DNA of 64,000 nucleotides from Eledone cirrhosa (Eukaryota). Where the stretch lies: the NCBI GenBank assembly GCA_964016885.1, contig OZ024741.1, positions 91,078,001 through 91,142,000 of the forward strand. Direction: 5' to 3'. Under the pieces are notes generated by a model. That model had not been told where the DNA came from. It did not search any database and saw only the letters and a list, made by a program, of their open reading frames with translations. Position 1 is the stretch's first letter. Each line of letters opens with the position of its first letter. Both the position numbers and the translations under genes were made by a program. Below are positions 12,977 through 25,806 of this stretch, piece after piece.

Positions 12977-13047
12977 TATTTTATCTGATGAGAACGCAGA
13001 TATCATCCCATGATGATATTTGTTTTTGAAATGCGCATAATAAAATA
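12977..13047 (+). ncRNA. Type I hammerhead ribozyme
   Basis: tattttat-CTGATGA-gaacgcagatatcatc[ccat]gatgatatttgttttt-GAA-ATGCGCAT-A-ataaaata. 8-bp stem I, palindromic stem III, AUA triplet; AATAAA overlaps the 3' arm. Confidence 0.8.
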
Positions 13048-13369
13048 CTTGGAACTCTTTTAACCATCTTTTGATCTTATATTATATATATATATAATAC
13101 ACGCCTATACATACATTTATAAAGATGCATGGTATGGTTATTATATATGCACATATAGAATTAATACCTATTTGTATACCACACATATATTTAACATAGG
13201 AACTCATTTCGAAAAAAACTTTTTTCTTTCAAATTACGTCCCTTACATTGGCTCGCTATTATATATGTTTACCATGTTTTTTGATGTCTAAAGGTCACAG
13301 TAATGCTACCACATAAGATAACATTTCGCTGGAGATAGATTAGCAAAATTTAATAGGCAGTGGTGGTGG

Positions 13370-13645
13370 TGATTATTCGAGCCCCGAGAGTTGTAGTTAA
13401 AGCGAATTCGATTCTTGGACTGGGCGGCGCGTTTTGTCCTTTATGCAAGTCACTTTATTGCTTCAGTCCACTCAGCCGGCGAAAGTGAGTTGTACATTTA
13501 ATTTAAGTGGTCAACCTTGTCACAGATTCTGTAACGCCGAATCTTCCTTGGTAGTACGTTAAGGGTGCACATTAATTTCAAGAGCAGGTAGTTCTGTAGA
13601 TTGGATCAACTGGAACACTCGTTGTTGGAAATGCCGGAGATCCAA
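13370..13645 (+). mobile_element. tRNA-head SINE (decayed)
   Basis: Body acattaatttca.gagcagg...ttggatcaactggaacactcgt is shared with the copy at 16515-16800. Confidence 0.6.
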
Positions 13646-14104
13646 TAACAACAAGGGTTAACTTATACGTATGCTACTCTTTTATAAAGATAGTATTTTT
13701 AGCAGACAGAACGGTCATGTAGAAGTTACTTAATTGGCTCTCTATGTATCAGCGTTGAATTAGCAGAGTTGTTAGAGTATAACGGGTTTTAGGGTCAATT
13801 CTTAATATACATAATAGAGATCAGAAGGCATTTAGAACATTGACTAAATCCATTATCGATGTTGTAACTCTATTTATTAGTTGTACATGTTGAACGGATA
13901 CATTAGGTACAGGTCGTATCTACATGTGTAGGATGTAGTTTGGTCCGCTTCATTGCAAGATGGAGATGTTGTTAGCAGCGAGGAGTGTAGCCTGGTCTTG
14001 TCGATAAGAGAAGTGCGTCTCTCTTGGTCACCTGGTGACGTAGTTCTGGACAGTCCAATTAGTGCACCGAAGGTTTCGATTGGCTCACACTTCAGCCAAC
14101 TTAC

Positions 14105-14118
14105 CTCCGTAACACCAT
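14105..14118 (-). CDS. Candidate first coding exon of a divergent minus-strand gene (ATG GTG TTA CGG AG|GTAAGT)
   Basis: Perfect donor AG|GTAAGT in a CpG-containing non-repeat segment ~0.9 kb from the HEATR3 promoter. No protein family recognised. Confidence 0.3.
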
Positions 14119-14159
14119 TCCGCCGCAGAAGGAAAATACATTTCATTCACTGCTACAAG

Positions 14160-14445
14160 AGTACCGGACAAATGATTAGCAGTATTTGTTCCGGCTCTTT
14201 ACGTTCTGAGTTGAAATCCTGTCGCGGTCAATTTTGCCTTTCATCTTCGGTAAAATAATTGTTTCTACTTTTGGCACAAGGCCAGCAATTACTCAGTGTA
14301 TTACTGGGACTTTATTTTATCGACCCCGTAAGGATGAAAGGCAAAGTTAACCTCGGCGGGATTTGAACTCAGAATGGCAAGGGCCGTAACTCTATGCGTC
14401 AAAGCATGGCGTCCGACCCTCTACCGATACTGCCAATCCACCGAG
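14160..14445. mobile_element. Two SINE copies in tail-to-tail orientation
   Basis: acgttctgagtt.aaatcc...tttgcctttcatc on + and its reverse complement (ggatgaaaggcaaagttaacctcggcgggatttgaactcagaa). Confidence 0.7.
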
Positions 14446-14469
14446 TAAAGTACTGATCGGTGTTGTATC

Positions 14470-14720
14470 CATGGTAAAACGGAATAAATTACTGACATAC
14501 CGCATGACAATTTGCATTAAGAAAGTAATTAGAAAAAAAGAAAAAAGAAGTATGAGAAGAAGACAGACTACAACAAAGGATGACGGAGTATCCCCTCTAA
14601 ACATTTTTGAGGCAAGCCATCACACTCACGGCATTGTAGCGGGTGGTAACGGGACCAAGGTGCTGAAATAACCAAGCACCATCGCGAGCATTAACAGATA
14701 CTGTCGGTCGTAATAATGCC
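14470..14720 (-). mobile_element. CRE-like element 3' end
   Basis: Minus translation ARDGAWLFQHLG...TRYNAVSVMACLK* resembles the CRE C-terminus and the copy at 63.3-63.8 kb. Confidence 0.55.
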
Positions 14721-14989
14721 ATGATTGTTTTGGGTTGTTTCAAAAACTATTAGAGGACACTGGCATTCCACTTTTTTTTCTGATTCGTTTTTATTGAATT
14801 ACTTTCTTTTGTTCGTTCAATAATAGACAAAACATTCAATTAAACAAGGCAGAAAATTATATAAAGGGTACATATGTATATTGTATAAATACTCAACGAC
14901 TTACACGTTAATTATACATAATTAGTCATACAACATCCAGTGCACAAACAGACGGATGTTGATTTATTTAGGAAAAAGTAAAGTGAGAG

Positions 14990-15060
14990 CGACGTATATA
15001 ACCGGAAGTTCCGTTTCAGCATAACATGGCAAGTAGTAGCACGTGGCTCTTTTAAATGCT
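14990..15060 (+). promoter_or_regulatory. Probable HEATR3 core promoter (housekeeping type)
   Basis: ACCGGAAGT (ETS) at 15001, ACATGGC (YY1-like) and CACGTG (E-box) lie within 110 bp upstream of ATG 15110. Confidence 0.5.
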
Positions 15061-15109
15061 TATATATTTCTCTAATTTTGGAACTTTTGGTAAATAACCA
15101 ACTTTGGCA

Positions 15110-15229
15110 ATGGGTAAAAGTAAACATCGAAAACGATATGGAATACCTCGGCCACAACCCACCGGCATTACTGCTACTTTAAACGAAGAAGAACATTCTG
15201 GCCCATCGCTTGTTACCCTCATTGATCAA
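15110..15229 (+). CDS. HEATR3: HEAT repeat-containing protein 3, exon 1
   Basis: MGKSKHRKRYGIPRPQPTG...LIDQ has the basic N-terminus typical of HEATR3/Syo1. Donor GTAGGT, phase 0. Confidence 0.85.
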
Positions 15230-15678
15230 GTAGGTATATATACTTACATTTTACACACATACGCGCGCGATCTAATCGAGAAACTATTTTACTTAATCGC
15301 TCGATCTCTTAAAAATAGCTACCAAATCTTCCTCAAATTACACCGAAGCGTCTTAAAACAACAAAGGATATATTAGATAATGTAATCACTGATTTACAAA
15401 AAGACAGGAAGATGACATTTGGAACAAGTTTAATCACAGATCTGCTCGATTAGAACTGGTTCGAGGTTAAATATCATAAGTATATACTCATTTTGAGCTT
15501 TCTATCTGTCGATACTATGAGTTTCCAATTTCTATCCCTTACAATGAAATAAGAAAGCCAAAATACCTCGACGAAGTCATCACTCTTTCGTGTATTCGAA
15601 TGTGCAAATTCACGAACTAATAGTTGCTTCGCCCAAACACAAGCTCACGAAGGAACGGGTATTATTAACAATAGATCT

Positions 15679-15807
15679 AAGGGCGGTGGATTGGCAGTAG
15701 TTCAAATCCCGCCGAGGTTGACTTTGTCTTTCATCCTTACGGGGTCGATAAAAAAAGTACCAGTAATGTACTGGGTAATTGCTGGCCTTGTGCCTAAAGT
15801 AGAAACA
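15679..15807 (+). mobile_element. SINE with 18-bp TSD
   Basis: gggcggtggattggcag...gcctaaagtagaaaca is flanked by attattaacaatagatct at 15661-15678 and 15808-15825. Confidence 0.8.
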
Positions 15808-16514
15808 ATTATTAACAATAGATCTCGTTTGAAGAGAACGACAATGTCTCCTTCGATTCACTGATGTTCTGAATATATTTACTTCTGTTGGAGTTATTGG
15901 ATAGTGACAACTGAAACATTTGCATATGTTCCTCGCATCACATATGCAAACTTACATACACGAATCGATGAAGGAACCCTAATCGCTATATTTATGCTGA
16001 TGCCCATTTTTTCCCTTCCGGGGTCTTATACGCCTTATGTTATAACTAGACTATTAAACATTTTTTTTTTGAAGAGGTTATATAGCCAGTAAGAGTGTCA
16101 GACATCATGAACTGCGGTCCGAGTTAAGACAATTTGAAATCTTTTTCACCATCAATTGTTAAAAAACAAGTTAAAATCATATAGTCGTCTATTCGTAATA
16201 TCGTTACGCTTTAGTTACATACACACACATCTACACGTAAATACATAAACAGATACAGCGATGTGTGTTGCGTCCCTTTAGGGTTTACCGGCTACGCAGC
16301 CTATTGGGTTTTTTTTCTGTAGTAAAAAATACGGCGAGAGTTACTTACTCAATTCAGTATATATATATAAGCGGTGCATGCGCCATGAATTCTCTGAAGC
16401 CTACGAGATATCTTGCTTTTCTTATTTCGAACTGTGAAATGAAGAATATCCAAAGAGATGAACTAGTTAATTTGACAATATTTTCCGAGTAGTATCAAAC
16501 TCCGCAACTTTTCA

Positions 16515-16805
16515 ATTCAGCTCACAACCGTAAGGTCGTGAGTTCCATTCCCGGCAGCGCGTTGTGTCCTTGAGCAAGATGTATTTCATGTGGCTCCAGT
16601 TCACTCAGCTGGCAAAAATGAGTTGTACCTGTAATTCGAAGGGCCAGCCTTGTACACACTGTGTCACACTGAATCTCCTCGAGAACTACGTATGGGTACG
16701 CGTGTCTGTGGAATGCTCAGCCACTTGCACGTTAATTTCACGAGCAGGCTGTTCCTTTGATTGGATCAACTGGAACACTCGTCGTCGTAACCGACTGAGT
16801 ACCTC
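16515..16805 (+). mobile_element. tRNA-derived SINE
   Basis: ctcacaaccgtaaggtcgtgagttccattcc (B-box-like) followed by gtgtccttgagcaag and a conserved body. Relatives occur at 28820, 38330, 38850(-) and 45635. Confidence 0.7.
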
Positions 16806-17329
16806 CATACATATATCCATTAAAAAATAATGAACATATGGACAACTTTATGGATCGAAATAAAATTTTCAAAACAAATGCTCTATAGTCCGATTCATTT
16901 TCGTTTTTGCGCATGCACCCCCACAGACACTATAATTTCCATAAATTCTAAAGTTTTATTATACACTGGATTATATAATGATACATAATGGAAAAAGAAA
17001 ATAGTCCTATGTTGATAGGAGTAGTTAATAAAAAGCAAAAAAACAAAAAAAAGATAGGAACTGCAGGGAAAGGCAAGAATTGCTAAACAACGAAAGGGGG
17101 AAGAGGCGAGGGTGACAGATATGGTGAAATAATATAAGTTGCATAACACTTTATTGAATATTGTCGTAAGAAGTGAAAGGACCTACTTTTGCATCTCCAT
17201 GTGTCGGGACTTAATCTCTCTGCATGATGCTCACCTGTCTCACGGCTGGCCAGAGAACATAGCAAAACTCATTCATTTGCACCAGTCACCATTCTGTCGC
17301 TCTACATCGACCAAGAGAGGGACCCTTAT

Positions 17330-17950
17330 TGCACTTCCAATGTGATATCACTAGCCACTTACTTCTGGCAAGACCTTCCCTGTACTTCCAGCTCCCTAGC
17401 CCCCATATGCCCTCCCTCGATGTCAAGTATAAATCACTGTCTTACATTATCCTTCTTGTGGCACTCTGGTAATGTCAGAGTTGACTTTCCTGGCTAGGAA
17501 CAAGGTCCTATCCACTTCCATATGATGCATGATATGTAACCTACTCAACTCCGAGTCACTCAGCTGACACACTGCAGCTATTCCCTTTTTCGCATCTTTT
17601 GGCACCTCCAATCAGGCTTTCTTCACCTTGTTTAGGAGGTTCGCCTTATTTTTTCTTTGAGGGCACAAAGATCACACTCAACTTTAGGCAAAACTCAATA
17701 GCTAGCTCTCCCTGAGTTTCCAGGTGGCACTTTATTAGCATCTCTGCTGCCCCTTTCGTTCACACCCTACTCTTGCTGGTAAGGACTGATCTCATCCATC
17801 CAAGTACAGTGGTCAAATCAGTACAAATCTCTATAGTGCACAGCTCCCATCTCAGGGTGAGATTTCATTTCCTTAAGCATGGCGTCCAATTCAGCCATGC
17901 TGATGTGGTTCCAGTCCTCCTTTCTGAGCTAGGCTTCATCCTCAACATCA
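17330..17950 (-). mobile_element. LTR retrotransposon (Gypsy-type) pol relic: RNase H to start of integrase
   Basis: Minus translation HISMAELDAMLK...WELCTIEICTD.TTVLGWMRSVLTSKSRV*TKGAAEMLIK...NKANLL and HHMHHMEVDRTLFLARK, with stops and frameshifts. Confidence 0.6.
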
Positions 17951-18139
17951 ACACCCCTTATTAAATCTCTCAAATTGTTTACTATTTTTTAAATGATTTG
18001 AAAGCCAGTGTTTTTCACCAGAAATATGGTAATGAGAGTTAATATATGAAACAGACAGGCATCCCTTTGATCCAGGATGTGACAGCTGGAAGAAGAGAGT
18101 ACTGTACCAGATCTGGATATATGTATATGTGGGTGTCTG

Positions 18140-20985
18140 TATCATCATCATCATCATCAACGTTTAACGTCCGTGTTCCACGCTTGCATGGGTTTGGACG
18201 GGGGTATTCCCACTTGAGGCAAGAGTGATTGTCTTGCTCGCATAGGACTGTCTGGCAGGTTTTCTACAGTTGGATGCCCTTCCTAACACCAACCACATTT
18301 ACAGTGTGGGACTGGGAGGTTTTTACCGTGTTGCCTACACGGCCACATTACAGCGTGGACTGTGTGTTTTTTTGTTGTGACACCTACACGATCTCATTTG
18401 TTTCGGCCTGGATGGCGCGGCACCAACATAACTTTACATAGAACGGGGTGGGGTGGTGGGACGGGGTGGATTTTGTTAGAGATGCCTACTGGCTGTAGTA
18501 GGTTTTACTATGTATTTAGGTAAGGCGGGTCTTCTCTGTTACTGAGTACCGCCAAAGGTCTCGGTCCAGTGACATTGTCTTGGAGAGGTGTAAGTGTGTG
18601 AGGTCGGAGTTTATCAGCTCGTCCCAGGTTTTTCTAGGTCTGCCTATTCCGTGGCTACCGTCTATCTTTATTGCCCTGCACTTTGTTATACAGCTATCGA
18701 CTTTCATGCGCATCACGTGTCCATACCAACGTAGCCTTCTCTCGAGTAAACAACATCTGATCCCTCTTATTTCTAATTTTTTCCTTAGTTCGTTTATGCT
18801 TTGCCGTTCACGTATATTACTGTTACACATCCAGCGGAGCATGCAAGCTTCATTCCTCTCTAGTCTGCGTATATCCTTTGCACACAATGCCCAGGCCTCA
18901 CTGCCATGCAACATTGCTGTTCGTATGCAGGCATCATACAACCTGCCTTTCATTTTTAGGGAGAACCCTTTAGCAGCTAATAGTGGTATAAGCTCTCTGA
19001 ACTTTTTCCAACCAGTTCTGACTCTAGCTACTGTACTTTCAGAGCACCCTCCCCCACTGCTGATTTTGTCGCCCAGGTAACGGAAGCTGTCCACTATTTC
19101 TATAGAACCCTCTGCGCAATTGAAAGAGCTAGTATTTTGTGGGCACTTGCTGCTACTTATTGCACCAGAGCACCGGCCACATGTAAAATCTATGTTCTTA
19201 GTTAGCTTACCTGTGATCCCACTACACCTTTTATGCACCCATACCTTGCATTTGGGACATAAAACGGAGTTTCTACCTACGCCTTTCCTACACACTGAGC
19301 ATGGCTATTTCCCAGAAGGGACCGCCGCATTATTTTCTTTCCTACAAACTAGAACTTTAGTCTTAGCCAGGTTAATTTTTAGTCCTTTTGATTCTAGGCC
19401 GTGCTTCCATGTTTGGAATTTCTTCTCTAGCTCGGCCATTGATTCAGCTATGAGTGTCAGGTCGTCTGCGTATAGGAGTTCCCACGGGCAGCTGGTCTTG
19501 AACTCCTCTGTTATAGCCTGAAGGGCAATAATAAATAGTAGGGGGCTGAGAACAGAGCCCTGATGGACGCCAACTTTTACGCTAAACTCTTCACTATATT
19601 CGTTGTTAATTCTAACCTTGCTGACTGTTTCTTTATACATGGCTTGTATAGCTCTCACAAGCCATTCGTCAACACCTAGTTTTCTAAGAGCCCACCAGAT
19701 AATGGAACGGGGGACTCTGTCGAAGGCTTTCTCCAAGTCAACAAAAGCTAAGTAGAGAGGTTTACCTTTAGCTAGGTACTTCTCCTGTAGTTGTCGTACA
19801 ATGAAAAGAGCGTCTGTGGTACTTTTGCCTGACACAAACCCGAACTGCATTTCATCTAGGTCTATTCTCTCTCTGATTAGTTGCGGTATTACTTTTTCCG
19901 TGACCTTCATGACCTGGTCGATTAATTTAATGCCTCTATAGTTACTCCTATCTAGGGCATCTCCTTTACCCTTATAACAGTTAACGATGATGCTGCTATG
20001 CCAGTCCTTCGGAACAACCCCATTCTGTACGACTTGGTTAACTATGCGGGTGACCATGGTGTGTCCCACCGTGCCAGATGCCTTCAGCATCTCGGCAACT
20101 ATTTCCGAAGGCCCAGCCGCCTTACCTGTCTTCATATCCTTGATTGCCTTACTTATTTTACTCCCCTCGACTAACACTGCTGGTCCCTCTATTGGGTCGA
20201 TGTGGGGTAGACTGTCTTTCTCCCATTTATTCTCCTCATTTAGTAGCCTTTCATAGTGACACTTCCAAGCTACCTTCTTATCAGCGTCGGTGATGGCAAG
20301 TACGCCGTCATCATTAAGTACACACTTCTCCCCGACAATATCACGGTTTTCCTTGACGCATTGCTTAGAAATCCTGAACACCTCACGTTTTTGGTCCTCG
20401 CGTTGTAGAACATGCTTGAACTTTCTTTCCTCTGCTTCCCTTCTTGCGAAGTACACTTGTCTCCTAGCTTCCCTCCTGGCCACTTGATAGTCTTCTCTAC
20501 TGCCCCCCTCCCGCCATACTTTCCAAGCCTGCTTTTTGGCCTTGATTGACCCCTCTACCTTACTGTTCCACCACCATGTTACTCTCCTCCTGCCTACAGG
20601 CCTGCTCCAGCCACAGACTTCGTCTGTCGCCATCAGCAGGTTTGCTTTCAGAAATTCCCACTGTCCCTCTATATTGTCCGACTCTAAATGCTCTTCCTTA
20701 CTGTCGAAAGCATCAAGTAGTATGCTTTGAAATTTATTTCTGGCTGTGGGGTCCTTTAGCTTCCATATTTTTCTCCTGAGGATAGTCCTCTTCTGCTGTC
20801 GAGTACGTCTCGTCCTGACTATGAGGTCGCTAATTATCAGTCTATGTTGAGAGGTGCATTCTTCATGGGGGAGGGATTTAGTGTTTACAACAGACACTCT
20901 GTCATGTCTTCTGGTAAGGATATAATCTACCTGGCTTGTGTGTTCCCCGGATCTATAGGTGATCAGGTGATTGTCACGTTTTTTG
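18140..20985 (-). mobile_element. Near-intact 5'-truncated RTE-clade LINE (end of AP endonuclease, RT, PHD-like finger, 3'UTR, (ATG)n tail)
   Basis: One frame from ~20985 to 18516 with [53 protein letters not shown] finger and GRPRKTW. A single in-frame TAG at 19305-19307. Tail reads (tca)n on +. Confidence 0.95.
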
Positions 20986-21011
20986 AAGTATATATATATA
21001 TATATATGAAG

Positions 21012-21071
<60 letters not shown>

Positions 21072-21139
21072 TATATATATACACATATATATATATATAT
21101 ACACATACATATATATATATATATACACATACATATATT

Positions 21140-22330
21140 TGTGTGTACAGGAAAGGAGTTGGTAGAAACTCTGTCCTATACCCCAAATGCAAACTATGGG
21201 TATACAAGAGATGTCGTGGGATTTCAGGTAAGCTAGCAAAGAAGGCAAGTTTTATATGTGGCCATTGCACAGGTGTATTAAGTAACAACAGCCCACAGGA
21301 TACTAACTCCTTTAAATGCCCAGAGGGCTTGATAGAAGTAATTGATAGTTTCCATTACTTGGGTGACCAAATTAGCAGTGGAGGTGGATGTTCTAAAAGT
21401 ACTGTAGCTAGAGTGAGAATGGGATGGAGAAAGTTCAGGGAGCTACAACCAGTGTTAACCACAAAAGGTTTTTCCCTCAAAATGAAGGTCAGATTGTATG
21501 ATGCATGTATAAGAACAGTGTTGCATGGCAGTGTGACCTGGGTACTGTGTGCAGAGGATATATGAAGATTGGAACGAAATGAAGCTTCCATTTTTCAATG
21601 GATATGTAATAGTAATATACATGAATGATGAAGCATAAATGAACTGAGAGAGAACTGGGCATAAGAGGGATCAGATGCAGTGTGCAGGAGAGGAGAATGT
21701 GTTGGTATGCACATGTGATGCATATAAAAGATGACAGCTGTATAAAAAGGTGCAGGGGCCTCAAAGTTGATAGAAGCCATGATGTAGGAGGACTTGAGAT
21801 GAGGTGCTAAAAGCTGACCTTGCACAATTGCAAAACCGTGATTTCTGGTACTATGCAGTAATACAAAAGACCTGCCTTCTCATATGCATGGGTTGAGGTA
21901 TACATCTAGTACACACCACCTTCCCTTTCATAATGCCTCTCATACACCTCCCACGTAACACCCCACCCATAGTTCTACCTCCCCAATCCCCATGCACCTC
22001 CCCCACACAAGTTCCCAATCCACACTGTAAAGTGGTCGTGTAGGTGTCGTGACAAAAAGCGCCCAACCCACACTGTTAAGTGGTGGTGTTGGTGACTCGA
22101 CAAAAGGTGTCCAGCCCACACTGTAAAGGGGTTGTGTAGGTGTCAATAAAAAGCACCCAATACACAATGTAAATATGGTGAACGTTAGGAAGGGTATCCT
22201 GCCGAGGAAACTAAACCAAAATCAGTTCTGTGTGAGCAAAAGATGGTCATCTGACCTCACTTGTTTCATATTGGGACAGTTAATCTTATCCATGCTAGTG
22301 TGGAAAATGGATGTTAAACAATGATGATAT
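21140..22330 (+). mobile_element. RTE LINE 3' fragment, opposite orientation to the adjacent copy
   Basis: ORF 21143-21565 ([30 protein letters not shown]), 3'UTR with cacactgtaaagtggt repeats, and gatgat tail. Confidence 0.85.
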
Positions 22331-22374
22331 ATATTTATGTGTGTATATATTTGTATTTGTGTGTATGTAAATAT

Positions 22375-22705
22375 CATCATCATCATTATACGTCCACTTT
22401 TCCCTGCTTGCAAAGATGGGACGGGTCCTAGTAAGCACGGCATCTCTACATTCGTCATGGTCCTTTGTCATCTCCTCTGTGAGCTTCAGCGATCTGAGGT
22501 CTGCTCTCACCACCTCCGCCCATGTTTTTCGTGGTCTTCTTCGACTGCGTCTTCCTTCTACTGGGATTTCTTGGCACCCATCTGTCATCCTCCATGCGCA
22601 TCACATGTCCATACCAACGCAGTCTTCTCTCCTGCACTTTTCAGCCTATCCCTCTTATACACAGTTTCTCTCTCAACTTGTCTATGCTTGGTCGTTCACG
22701 CACAT
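22375..22705 (-). mobile_element. RTE 3' fragment
   Basis: RRLRWYGHVMRMEDD...RPRKTW followed by a (tca)n tail. Confidence 0.8.
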
Positions 22706-22776
22706 ATATATATCATCATCATCATCATCATCATCGTTTAACGTCCATTTTCCACACTAGCATATATTTATGTGTA

Positions 22777-22828
<52 letters not shown>

Positions 22829-22893
22829 TATATATATATATGTATGTATGTATATGTGTGTTTATTTTCTAATTTTTTTTTTTTAAACTTTAG

Positions 22894-23066
22894 TTGCAGA
22901 GCACTGAAGAAGAATGTCGCTTAGTTGCATGTGCAACTGTTGCTACAATTGTTGCAGATCCAGTTACAATTCCTGTTTTGTTAGAAAACAACTTGGTTAG
23001 GATTTTAGCCCCATTACTTGTTGATACAAATATCTATATCCAGAATAGTTCTGTTGGTGCCCTCAG
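22894..23066 (+). CDS. HEATR3: HEATR3 exon 2
   Basis: tttAG|LQSTEEECRLVACATVA...LAPLLVDTNIYIQNSSVGALR|GTGAGT. Matches the HEATR3 LQ...LGPLLLD...AAGALRN region. Confidence 0.92.
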
Positions 23067-24327
23067 GTGAGTTTTTAGAAATCTTGCTTTAACCCTTTTT
23101 TATACCAGCCAGACCCAAACAACCTCTATTTCTATTAAGCAAACTACTGATTTGGTGGGTTCCTATTTAAACAAAAATCTTCCAACATAATTTGTTGGAA
23201 CATTTTTATTAAGTTACAAATATCATCTTAATTACTAAATATTTACAATTATAATAGATCCTTCCAAATTCTATATTAATCAATTCTATTCAGTGTATTT
23301 ACAAATAAGATTAAATTGAGGCTTCTTTTCTAAGTTTCTTTCATAAATAATTTTTTGGGTTACTAAAATCTGCAGAATCTTTAGTGCATTGTCCAAAATG
23401 ACTTGCATTTAGTTTTTTCCTGTATGTTTTGAGTTCACTTCACCTTTCATCCTCTTGGTGTCAATTAAAAATCACTATAAAACTTTGGAGATGTGAATAG
23501 AATGATAATAGAAAACATGCAAATCCTTGGATTACAACTAAGTGCAAGCTTTCTTGCAAAGATATGGCAACTAAGGAAGTTAAACTTGGTGATTAGTAGA
23601 GGGAAGGCTTATGCTAAACTCAAGCATGTTTCTTTACGGCATCCTTGATGTGAATGAAATTATATGAGGTCTTGTGGCATGTACATGAATGTATACTAAA
23701 ACATATGGTATATAATCATGCCATACATTTTACTATGTATTGAGGGACTTGCCAATAGCCATAATAATACAAACAGTAAGATTAGTACTTGATAGGAATA
23801 ATTCTGTTAAGAACTGAGTTGATTGATCATATACTAAAATACAAAAGACCTGTCCACCTGTATAATCATTGCAGCCCTAAAAGTAAATGTGGCAAGAGTC
23901 AGAAAACTACAGTGTTTGGCAATCAAATTGAAACAGTGTAGGTAACTTTTCAATCTGGCTAAGTATGTCACAATCTCTCTAATGCTGGTGTCATGATAAA
24001 ATACATCCAGTATGACTTGTAAAGTGTCAATGTTGGTGCCATGATAAAATACACCCAGCTTGCCATGTAAAATGGCAGTACTGGTACCACAATATATGCA
24101 CCCAGTTCACTCTGTAAAGTTGTTTGCATTCAGAAGGGCATTCAGATGTAATGTTTGAATAAAATAAGCTCCTCCTCAGTTTTCAGGCTGGAGATATCTG
24201 CTATTTGAAAATGTAACCACATATCTGGCTCCTTTGTTATGTTGTGACATCCAAGATCTAACCTTAATGTTTTCCTTTGTCTTTTTCATATTTTCTCACT
24301 AATTCTTTCATCTTTTCTTTTCCCTAG

Positions 24328-24415
24328 GAATCTTTCTGTTGATGGAGGTGTTGAGGTCTGTGAGAAAATGGTTAACAGCGATGTATTAACTATGGTTATT
24401 GGATTATTAAAAACG
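24328..24415 (+). CDS. HEATR3: HEATR3 exon 3
   Basis: ccctAG|(R)NLSVDGGVEVCEKMVNSDVLTMVIGLLKT|GTATAG. Matches RNLS..GG.EVC..MV..D. Confidence 0.92.
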
Positions 24416-25359
24416 GTATAGTTATTTTATGATATAACTTCTACAATTTGAGTACAAATCCTACTCTAGACAAGTTTATATTTCATTTCTCATATCAGAA
24501 ATGTAATTGCTATGGAGGAGAAGAGGGAAGGTCAAGTGGACAGTGATCTGGTCACCACTGATGACTCCTCATGACAAACACTGACTAAACAAATGATCTA
24601 TGATCAAGGTATTCTTGACTTAATGATCTTGTCATACTTTTGAGCATCAAGAGATCACAGCTTTAGTACTATGGACACGTGGTTAGAATGTCTAAAGAAA
24701 GAATCACTGAACAGGTTTTATAGGCAAAACAGACTGGCTGGAAACTCCATAAGTTTGGTTGGTTTTGTTCTTGGATCAAGCCGTGCCATTTGGAGACTGT
24801 TGTTTCCGATAGAACCCTCTGCATGCATGTCAGAGGACTCTGCCTCCACGGCCCTCTCAGGAATATATGGGCAAAAAAGAAATTATCCTTCTTGAAATTG
24901 TAGGGTGTAATTTGAGAAAAATTTGGCTGCTATTTCTAGCAATTCAAGCAACCATGTATTATTGGCTCAGCTATAAGTTGATTTTAGAGAACTATATGTT
25001 ATCATTTTACAGTAGCAACCTTCTTTCGTGATATTAGAATAACCTGACTAGTTATTTACTACTAAAGCAATATATATATACTTGTATTTTATGTCATGTA
25101 ATTTGTGCATGTGTTGTGAAGATACATGGCTTAGTGGTTAGGGTTTTTGGCTCACAATTATAAGGTAAATTAAATAAATTTATTTATATACTTATATATA
25201 TATGTATATATATATATAACGTATGAATAAAACATTTGAAGTACCATATTGATCTTTAATAATTATTTAGTGGTTGATTCTAATTAAACTGGAATTTCCA
25301 CAGGGTCAGCTAGTTTAATATAAAACATCAAACACTATGAATGATATTTTTATTTCTAG

Positions 25360-25460
25360 TATGAAGTTGGCTGGGAACCCCAAAAATTATGGGATGAGAA
25401 GCTGGCTCAATTAAAAACTGACACATTTATTCAAGCTGTTCATCTCTTATGGAACCTATG
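25360..25460 (+). CDS. HEATR3: HEATR3 exon 4
   Basis: ttctAG|YEVGWEPQK...FIQAVHLLWNL(C)|GTTAGT. Conserved LWN.CE. Confidence 0.9.
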
Positions 25461-25734
25461 GTTAGTTCTACATTTTATCTTATCTTCCTACATTTATCTC
25501 TGTCTCCAGTTTCATTATCATTTTTACATCTGTTCTTTTTTTCTATGCTTGCATAGTTTGGATGGGTCCTTTTCAGCACAGCATCTCCCCACACGTCACG
25601 ACCCTTCATCACCTCCACTATGAGTTTCAGTGAGCTTCGTAGATGTTTAACAGATACATGACAAATCTAACCTTGTATAGGCTGTCATCGTGGAATTTAG
25701 TTGTTTCATAGACATTTGTTATAGAGCATACCAG

Positions 25735-25799
<65 letters not shown>

Positions 25800-25806
<7 letters not shown>

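Noticed and set aside
13877-14258. Overlapping 89-aa and 101-aa ORFs
   Set aside because: No recognisable homology; the + ORF runs into a SINE and the - ORF crosses a strong donor site.
20985-21248. N-terminal ~88 aa of the 647-aa ORF (YIYIYI run)
   Set aside because: Chance read-through of a TA microsatellite and the antisense strand of the neighbouring RTE; not part of the protein.
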